DNA from: an uncultured Veillonella sp.
GTDB lineage: Bacteria > Bacillota > Negativicutes > Veillonellales > Veillonellaceae
NCBI GenBank assembly: GCA_900549845.1
Contig: URPT01000001.1
Location: 1 to 48,491 of the forward strand
Length of the DNA: 48,491 nucleotides
Reading direction: 5' to 3'
Position 1 is the first letter of the stretch, and every line of letters starts with the position of its first letter. The translations under genes were made by a program, and so were the position numbers. Shown piece after piece: positions 40,364 to 48,491 of this stretch. The notes beneath the pieces are model-generated. The model made no database searches. It saw nothing but the letters and a program-made list of their open reading frames with translations, and had not been told where the DNA came from.

Positions 40364-40764
40364 GACGACGCACATTAGGGGTTAAAAAAGAACCAACCAT
40401 CATGATTATCCCTATGATCGATATCGTATTCTTCTTATTGGTATTTTTCATGGTGGGTACGCTGTACATGAATACAGAGCAGCAAATTCCTCTAAATTTG
40501 CCATCTGCATCTACATCTACGGCAAAATCTATCGAGCCTATTACGATTACCTTAACTACAACGCATACGTTATATATTGATAATCAGGAAATTTCTTCGG
40601 AACGCTTGGCGGAAGAGGTGCGGTCTATCGTTAAACAAGCACCGCGACAAGCCTTTGTTATCCGTGCATCTAAGGATGTATACTACAGCGAGGTTATCGC
40701 TCTGTTAGATATGCTCAAGGTTAATGGCGCTAAATATATTAGTGTCGCAACAGAACGGAAGTGA
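40360..40764 (+). CDS. exbD: ExbD/TolR
   Basis: IPMIDIVFFLLVFFM, LNLP, IRAS..V.Y..VI..LD..K..G. Confidence 0.9.
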   Translation: MRRRTLGVKKEPTIMIIPMIDIVFFLLVFFMVGTLYMNTEQQIPLNLPSASTSTAKSIEPITITLTTTHTLYIDNQEISSERLAEEVRSIVKQAPRQAFVIRASKDVYYSEVIALLDMLKVNGAKYISVATERK

Positions 40765-40768
40765 TTCT

Positions 40769-41602
40769 ATGTTTGAATCGCATTATTTGAAACCGTTCAT
40801 CGTGTCCTTAGGTATTACGACGATACTCGTATCTGGGATGGGGCTTTCCTTGCGAGGTATGGCAGGTACTGGGGCAGCTCACGATGCGGCTGAAATTAGC
40901 TTTGACTTGCCTGATGATAGTGAAAGTAGCGCAGAGGTAGCAGAACCGACGCCACAACCTGAGGAAAAGGTTGCCCCCGCAGAGGCAGATCCTGAACGGG
41001 CAGCACCAAAACCTCAATCTCAGTCACAACCTATGGTGGCGGCTGTGACGTCTGATGAAAATGAACGAACTAAAACATTAGATACAAATGCTAGTGCACC
41101 AGAGCAACGACGAGAGTGGGCTATTCCTAAAGCCATCGAATCTGAAGCAGCTGGTGTAGAACAAGCGGTTGTAACTCATGACAAACAATCAAAACCGAAA
41201 GAGGCTCCTATGGGGAAGGATGTTACATCTGACCCTAATGCCAATGGTGATGGTCGTACGGAATCAGCTGATTTATCATTCCTATCAGATCTTGCGTGGA
41301 GCTTGTTGACGCCTGGTCAGCAAGAGTTATTACGACAACCAGCGATTAATCCAAGCGCATATCTTCGTCGTGTCCAAGAACAAGGTGCGAGATCTTCTGT
41401 AACGGGTACTGTTACGGTGAAGGTGAACTTTGGCGAAGATGGCCATGTCATCGTTGCTCAGAATACACCGCGCATCGTGGTGGACGGCGTACCGCCTGAT
41501 GTGATGGAAGAGGCGTTGCGCATTGTTAAAACCAGTGGCAGCATCGTCAACAACTCTGGACGCATACAAACCTTAACAATCCCTGTCGTTATGGGACAAT
41601 AA
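40769..41602 (+). CDS. TonB-like periplasmic protein
   Basis: N-terminal TM, Pro/Glu/Ala-rich linker, C-terminal G.V.V.V.F..DG.V ... IPV. Follows exbBD. Confidence 0.65.
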   Translation: MFESHYLKPFIVSLGITTILVSGMGLSLRGMAGTGAAHDAAEISFDLPDDSESSAEVAEPTPQPEEKVAPAEADPERAAPKPQSQSQPMVAAVTSDENERTKTLDTNASAPEQRREWAIPKAIESEAAGVEQAVVTHDKQSKPKEAPMGKDVTSDPNANGDGRTESADLSFLSDLAWSLLTPGQQELLRQPAINPSAYLRRVQEQGARSSVTGTVTVKVNFGEDGHVIVAQNTPRIVVDGVPPDVMEEALRIVKTSGSIVNNSGRIQTLTIPVVMGQ

Positions 41603-41733
41603 AGAGGCATATCACATACTATGTATGTAAGATATGCCTCTTTTACTTTTGTAGTATTAGTTATTTGTATCCTGTTATTTATGGTTACCAGATTATTATG
41701 GGAATATAATTAATACGGAAAAACTGTATCCTA

Positions 41734-42144
41734 TTAATCCTGGTTTGTAAGCATCGTTTTGGTAGAGTTGAATACCGCAAGGTATACGATAGTGCCACCG
41801 ATAAATAATGTAACTTGCATAGGTGCACTAAATTGATCGACACGCCATAATGCAAAGGCGTAGAAGAACATGGTTACTAGCATGATGAGAAATGCAATGA
41901 TAACGCGTACATTGGTGTTAACCGCTAAGGATGTAGTAATGCGAGATTTATTGAGTATTACGTAAATTAAGGACACGATGATATCTGCTGTAAAGATAGA
42001 GAATACATAATTGAGATCAAACTCTCCAAATAAAACTACAGCCAAGCCGATAAAGCTAAGTCCAAAGAATAGGCGTAATAACATGCCTATAGTATTCGAT
42101 TCATTGCGCTGTGCACGACGCTCTTTGCGATTTAAATTTGCCAT
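41734..42144 (-). CDS. Hypothetical 4-TM membrane protein
   Basis: GGGAGG RBS and four hydrophobic segments. Confidence 0.7.
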   Translation of the reverse strand: MANLNRKERRAQRNESNTIGMLLRLFFGLSFIGLAVVLFGEFDLNYVFSIFTADIIVSLIYVILNKSRITTSLAVNTNVRVIIAFLIMLVTMFFYAFALWRVDQFSAPMQVTLFIGGTIVYLAVFNSTKTMLTNQD

Positions 42145-42357
42145 GAAAGCCTCCCCATAATGATATACAAGTTTATGTATATTTCAGATAATTCTAGTAT
42201 ATCATTTTATTAGCACGAATACATAGAGACGAGTTAATATAACTCAATTCTATTAATTGTTTATTTAGAAATGCGTCATAAGTAAAGTTATTATAAGTCA
42301 AGTTATCATAAGTCGAAACGTATCATAAGACTTCAATGAATGGCTGTCATTTTCAAT

Positions 42358-42403
42358 AAATACGAACGATTAGTAAATTTAATATAATTATCATTCGGAA
42401 AAT
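42358..42403 (+). promoter_or_regulatory. Paired inverted PurBox-like sites (Firmicute PurR)
   Basis: AAATACGAACGATT (42358) and inverted ATCATTCGGAAAAT (42390) upstream of purB. Confidence 0.55.
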
Positions 42404-42488
42404 TTAGGTCCATTCATTGAATGGAGCTTTCACATATGGTACAATTATTTTATAAGAAATCTAGCTTTTATCATGCAAAGGAGACATC

Positions 42489-43784
42489 ATGATACCACGT
42501 TATACACGAGAAGAAATGGGCCATATTTGGAGCGAACGCAACGAGTTCGACACAATGTTATTGGTAGAAACATTGGCATCCGAGGCACAAGCTGAGTTGG
42601 GCGTTATCCCTAAAGAAGCGGCTAAAGCCATTCGCGAAAAGGGCAATTTCGACGTTGAACGCATTCATGAAATCGAAAAGGAAACAAACCACGATATCAT
42701 TTCCTTCGTAACAGCAGTAGGCGAATACGTAGGTCCTGAAGCGGCTAAATATATCCACCTTGGCCTTACATCTACTGACGTTAAAGATACAGCGCTTGGT
42801 TACATGATGAAACAAGCTTGCGACATCTTGATTGAAGATTTGAAACGCTTGCACGAAGTATTGCGTCGTCGCGCAGCTGAGTTCAAATACACACCTATGA
42901 TTGGCCGTACACATGGTATTCACGGCGAACCAACTACATTTGGCTTGAAATTAGCATTGTGGATGGCTGAGGTAGAACGCGACATCGAACGCATGGAACA
43001 TGCTCGTAAAAGCGTTGCTGTTGGTAAATTGTCTGGCGCCGTTGGTACATATTCCAACATCGATCCATTCGTAGAACAATATGTATGCGAAAAATTAGGT
43101 CTTGAGCCTGTTAAAATCGCTACGCAAGTAGTACAACGTGACCGTCACGCTGAATTGTTGTCCACTATTGCTGTTGTAGGTGGCACATTAGATAAAATCG
43201 CTTTGGAAATCCGTCACTTGCAACGTACAGAGGTGCGCGAAGCAGAAGAATACTTCAGCCCTAAACAAAAGGGTTCCTCCGCAATGCCTCATAAACGTAA
43301 TCCTATTACATGTGAAAGAATTTGCGGTATGGCTCGCTTGCTTCGTGGCTACGCTCAATCTGCTTACGAAGACCAAGCTTTGTGGCATGAACGCGATATT
43401 TCCCACAGCTCTGTAGAACGTGTTATCTTGCCAGATGCAACAATTGCATTGAACTACATGCTTCACCTTACAATTCGCACTATCGATAAATTGTTGGTAT
43501 ATCCTGAAACAATGCTTAAAAACCTCAACCTTACAGGCGGCCTTGTATTCAGCCAAACAATTTTGACTCACCTTGTAGACAAAGGTGCAGTACGTGACGA
43601 AGCATACCGTTGGGTTCAAAAATACGCTATGGAACGCTGGCTTGAAGGCAAAGATTTCGCAACAGGTCTTAAATCTGATGAAAACATCAAGAAATACATG
43701 ACTGCTGAAGAAATCGATGCATGCTTCGATCCACATAAATTGTTAAAACATGTTGATACAATCATGGCTCGCTTTGGCCTATAA
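42489..43784 (+). CDS. purB: Adenylosuccinate lyase
   Basis: H.GLTS.DV.DTA, GRTHG.H.EPTTFG, GSSAMPHKRNP, WHERDISHSS.ER. Confidence 0.98.
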   Translation: MIPRYTREEMGHIWSERNEFDTMLLVETLASEAQAELGVIPKEAAKAIREKGNFDVERIHEIEKETNHDIISFVTAVGEYVGPEAAKYIHLGLTSTDVKDTALGYMMKQACDILIEDLKRLHEVLRRRAAEFKYTPMIGRTHGIHGEPTTFGLKLALWMAEVERDIERMEHARKSVAVGKLSGAVGTYSNIDPFVEQYVCEKLGLEPVKIATQVVQRDRHAELLSTIAVVGGTLDKIALEIRHLQRTEVREAEEYFSPKQKGSSAMPHKRNPITCERICGMARLLRGYAQSAYEDQALWHERDISHSSVERVILPDATIALNYMLHLTIRTIDKLLVYPETMLKNLNLTGGLVFSQTILTHLVDKGAVRDEAYRWVQKYAMERWLEGKDFATGLKSDENIKKYMTAEEIDACFDPHKLLKHVDTIMARFGL

Positions 43785-43994
43785 TTGTAGGGTACTTCCC
43801 ATATAACATATGAAAGACTAGGGTAGGTATAGACCAATCAGCCTATAGCACGTGCATTAGGTATTGGCTATATCTATCCTTTTTATTTTGAAAGCAACCT
43901 GTTATTTCCACTATTTTACGGACAATTACGAGCTAGTTTCCTAGTAAGCATCTCTGTATCTTAGGGGAAATTAGCTATTGTATTAGGAGGTTAT

Positions 43995-45143
43995 ATGAAT
44001 CGTATCATACGAAAGTACGGACCGCCTATTTTTCATTGTATTAATGACTTCGGACAAGGTTCACTAGCGGCGCTCATACCGTTCTTTATCGCTAATTTTG
44101 GCCTTAATTACTATCAATCGGCGTCCATTATTTTCTGTAACACCGTAGTGGCTTCCGTTGCTCAACCTATCTTGGGCTATGTGGCGGATCGGTGGCGCGT
44201 GCCGTGGTTCATTCCTGTAGGGTTTACCGTAACATTAGTCTCTATCAGCGCCATTGCACTGGCGTCGAGCTATGAGATGATATTAGCTCTATCGCTCATT
44301 GCAGGGATTGGGGCGGCACTATTCCATCCTGAGGCGGCTCTTCTCGTGAACCGCACGCAATCCAATGAACTTGGTAATGCCATGGGACGATTTGCGGTAG
44401 GTGGCAGTGCTGGTTTTGCACTGGGCCCACTCCTTGCTGGTGGTGTGTACGTCTTTGGCGGTCAATTCCTTTGGTTGTTCACGGCAATTGCATTGATTGG
44501 CGTGTTGCTGTATGTGTATGCCTTTACTGGTTCTACAGATACCGATGCTGTTGGTGAAAGTAAAAGCTCAGCCAAATCTACTAATAGTGGTACCAACGAC
44601 TGGGTAAGCTTCGGCAAGTTATTCTTTGTAATAGCTTCTCGATCCATACTATTCTCTGTACTATCCATCTTCATTCCTATTCTGTACATTACAGTTATCA
44701 ACGGAGAAGCCAGTGCATCAAGTTTAGCTTTAACAATGTACTTTGCAATGGGCGCTGTTCTTACCTATATGGGCGGGGCTTTATCCGATAAATTAGGTTT
44801 CCTTAAAACAGTTCGCTTAGGGTATCTTATCTTCTTGCCATCTGTCTTAGTCTTTATCTTTGTACCTAACATCTGGGGCTTTTTCGGCGCCATGATCCCA
44901 ATGGCCTTTGGCGTATTCTCACAATACGGGCCAATTACGGTATTAGGTCAAAAATACCTAGCTAAAAATGCAGGCTTTGCGTCTGGTATTACACTAGGCC
45001 TTGGCATTACCTTAGGTGGCCTTGTAGCACCATATGTGGGCCATATAGCCGATATCTATGACGTACAAACTGCATTGATGACACTGATCCCTGTCGGTTT
45101 AATGGGGCTCTTAATGAGCTTCTGGTTAAAAGAGCCTAAATAG
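43995..45143 (+). CDS. MFS transporter (Fsr/YbaL-like)
   Basis: H..ND..Q, QP..G..AD, G.G.ALFHPEA, F.VGG..G.ALGP, G.ASG..LG. Confidence 0.85.
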   Translation: MNRIIRKYGPPIFHCINDFGQGSLAALIPFFIANFGLNYYQSASIIFCNTVVASVAQPILGYVADRWRVPWFIPVGFTVTLVSISAIALASSYEMILALSLIAGIGAALFHPEAALLVNRTQSNELGNAMGRFAVGGSAGFALGPLLAGGVYVFGGQFLWLFTAIALIGVLLYVYAFTGSTDTDAVGESKSSAKSTNSGTNDWVSFGKLFFVIASRSILFSVLSIFIPILYITVINGEASASSLALTMYFAMGAVLTYMGGALSDKLGFLKTVRLGYLIFLPSVLVFIFVPNIWGFFGAMIPMAFGVFSQYGPITVLGQKYLAKNAGFASGITLGLGITLGGLVAPYVGHIADIYDVQTALMTLIPVGLMGLLMSFWLKEPK

Positions 45144-45227
45144 CACTTGATTGACAGGCAGAAATTTATAATATAGTTGTATTGAATAACTAAAATAGAA
45201 TATTTTGACTAGTTAAAATGTCAATAT

Positions 45228-45256
45228 ATGGGAGGTGACCATTGGTCACCTCCCAT
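45228..45256. repeat. GGTGACCATTGGTCACC-core palindrome (copy near RelE/XRE TA)
   Basis: ATGGGAGGTGACCA-T-TGGTCACCTCCCAT, perfect 14-bp arms. Confidence 0.85.
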
Positions 45257-45392
45257 TTGTTTACTTTAAGGGTCTAGATATTTATATTGGATATAGTATG
45301 ACTTTAAATTTCTATATTTCTGTATCTTTACTGAATATATGTTTTAACATATAATTTATGTAAAGATTTCTTCTAGTACTAGGAGGAACTAA

Positions 45393-45743
45393 ATGGATGC
45401 CTTTTCTGTTGTTTTTTATGAAACTCTAAGTGGTGAAAAGCCTGCAAAAGTATTTTTAAATGAACTTTCAGATAAACAAAGGGCTAAAACAATTCGAGAT
45501 TTAAAAATACTTGAATTATGTGGCAATCGTTTACGAGAACCACAGTCTAAATATTTAGAAGAGGGTATTTATGAGTTGCGAACGAAGCAAGGTTCAAATA
45601 TTTCTAGAATATTGTATTTCTTTTTTGTGGGAAAGCGAATTGTTTTAACAAATGGTTTTGTAAAGAAATCGATGACAACACCTAAGAGTGCTATAGAATT
45701 AGCTGTTAAATATAAGAATGATTATATTGAGAGGTATACATAA
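45393..45743 (+). CDS. RelE/ParE-like (Gp49/DUF891-type) toxin
   Basis: FYET.SG..P...FL..L, L.EP.SK.L..GIYELR, RI.YFF....IVL.NGF.KK...TP. Promoter TTTACT-17-TATAAT with palindrome TATATGTT-TT-AACATATA (45336-45353). Confidence 0.88.
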   Translation: MDAFSVVFYETLSGEKPAKVFLNELSDKQRAKTIRDLKILELCGNRLREPQSKYLEEGIYELRTKQGSNISRILYFFFVGKRIVLTNGFVKKSMTTPKSAIELAVKYKNDYIERYT

Positions 45744-45744
45744 T

Positions 45745-47375
<1,631 letters not shown>

Positions 47376-47915
47376 GCTATATCAATTTGATATAATAGGA
47401 TTGCTCTAGAGTAGACTAGAATTTATCATTATAAATTCTATGGTTTTTCTACTATGCAATCGATTTATAGAATTATACAGATAAGGCCCCTCCATGAGGG
47501 GTCTTTTGTATTGAAAGTTATGAGAACACTAAATCGGTATAGTTTATATCTAATCCTTTCGGTTGCTAATGTAGTGCGGTATATCGAAGTATGCTATATG
47601 GTTATTAGAAAAATGCTATATCGAAAATTCTATAGAAAATAATTGTATAAAACCATTATATATACATTTTTATGTATAACTAAATAAATCTATGAGATGA
47701 AAATTTATTTAAAATATTCATAGCGAATAGCCTATAGTGTGCTGAAATTAGTTTATAATGTGGTAAAATTTACTCATATATAATTATTTGGTATTCATAA
47801 TAAATTATTAAGATACAAATATAAAGAAAAAAATAGATTTACATTAAGAAATAGTATATAATAGTATCAATAAGTAGATTGACATTTTTTGATACGGATT
47901 TGAGGAGTTAAAGAT

Positions 47916-48260
47916 ATGGTTGAAGTTTCTTATGAACGTTTAGCGACGATTTTTAAGGCATTAAGCGATGAAACAAGATTACACATCATCGACATGTTGT
48001 CTTGCAATGAATTATGTGCAGCTGATATTTTAGCTAGCTTCAATTTATCCCAATCTACGTTGAGCTACCATATGAAAATCTTAATTGATGCAGGTGTAGT
48101 TAACTCTCAACGTAATGGCTTATGGACACGTTACTCCATTAACGAAGCTACATTTGGCGACATTCTAGAAATCATCCCTCAATTATATAAATCTAAGGAT
48201 GAGTGCATTTGTGCGCAAATTAAATACTGCCGTATTTCTGAGCACGAAAAAGAAGCGTAA
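47916..48260 (+). CDS. ArsR/SmtB family regulator
   Basis: FKAL.DETRL.I..ML...ELC..DI, SQ.TLSYHMK.L...G.V...R.G.W..Y. Confidence 0.9.
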   Translation: MVEVSYERLATIFKALSDETRLHIIDMLSCNELCAADILASFNLSQSTLSYHMKILIDAGVVNSQRNGLWTRYSINEATFGDILEIIPQLYKSKDECICAQIKYCRISEHEKEA

Positions 48261-48262
48261 CA

Positions 48263-48491
48263 ATGAGACGTTGGATTATGCATGTTGATATGGATGCATT
48301 CTTCGCGTCCATCGAACAACTGGATCATCCAGAATATAAAGGCCACCCCGTTATCGTGGGTGGTCTTTCTTCACGTGGTGTTGTTGCTACCTGCTCCTAT
48401 GAGGCTCGTAAATTCGGTGTTCATTCTGCCATGCCTATTTCAAGGGCTAAGAAATTATGTCCTGATGGTATCTATGTGTATCCGCGCATGG
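48263..48491 (+). CDS. dinB: DNA polymerase IV, 5' part (runs off the window)
   Basis: Translates [34 protein letters not shown]...[19 protein letters not shown]. Absent from the ORF track because it is truncated. Confidence 0.95.
   Translation, partial: MRRWIMHVDMDAFFASIEQLDHPEYKGHPVIVGGLSSRGVVATCSYEARKFGVHSAMPISRAKKLCPDGIYVYPRM

Noticed and set aside
47454..47642. 62-aa ORF after purA
   Set aside because: It spans the purA terminator hairpin, is AT-rich, and has no RBS or recognisable motif.

Overview
A chromosomal window of about 48.5 kb. It is most consistent with a Veillonella-like Negativicute, inferred from Firmicute-type promoters, PurBoxes and genes together with ExbB/ExbD/TonB, methylmalonyl-CoA mutase and an FAD/Fe-S D-lactate dehydrogenase. 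Core genes are tag, a GlpT/PgtP-type transporter, nagZ-like GH3, fucO, a ClC antiporter, the D-lactate dehydrogenase, rarD, a cobalamin-riboswitch-led mutA-mutB-meaB operon, exbBD-tonB, purB, purA and the 5' part of dinB. Accessory content includes three divergent secreted paralogs interleaved with a duplicated flavin-reductase cassette, three type II TA modules (HigBA, HicAB, RelE/XRE) and a HEPN Abi (AbiF/AbiD-like) gene. The most notable observations are: (1) a promoter-driven, terminator-ended three-hairpin RNA of about 70 nt directly upstream of the HEPN Abi gene (candidate RNA antitoxin); (2) an unannotated sRNA candidate of about 150 nt with two CU-rich anti-RBS/anti-AUG motifs; (3) a membrane-only remnant of a P1B heavy-metal ATPase downstream of a perfect CsoR-type box; (4) one GGTGACCA-based palindrome family next to all three type II TA loci; (5) a Cys-less OhrR homolog and a site-2 protease homolog lacking all zinc ligands. 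No CRISPR array, rRNA, tRNA, transposase or integrase was recognised. All family calls come from motif recognition by eye, not from database searches.
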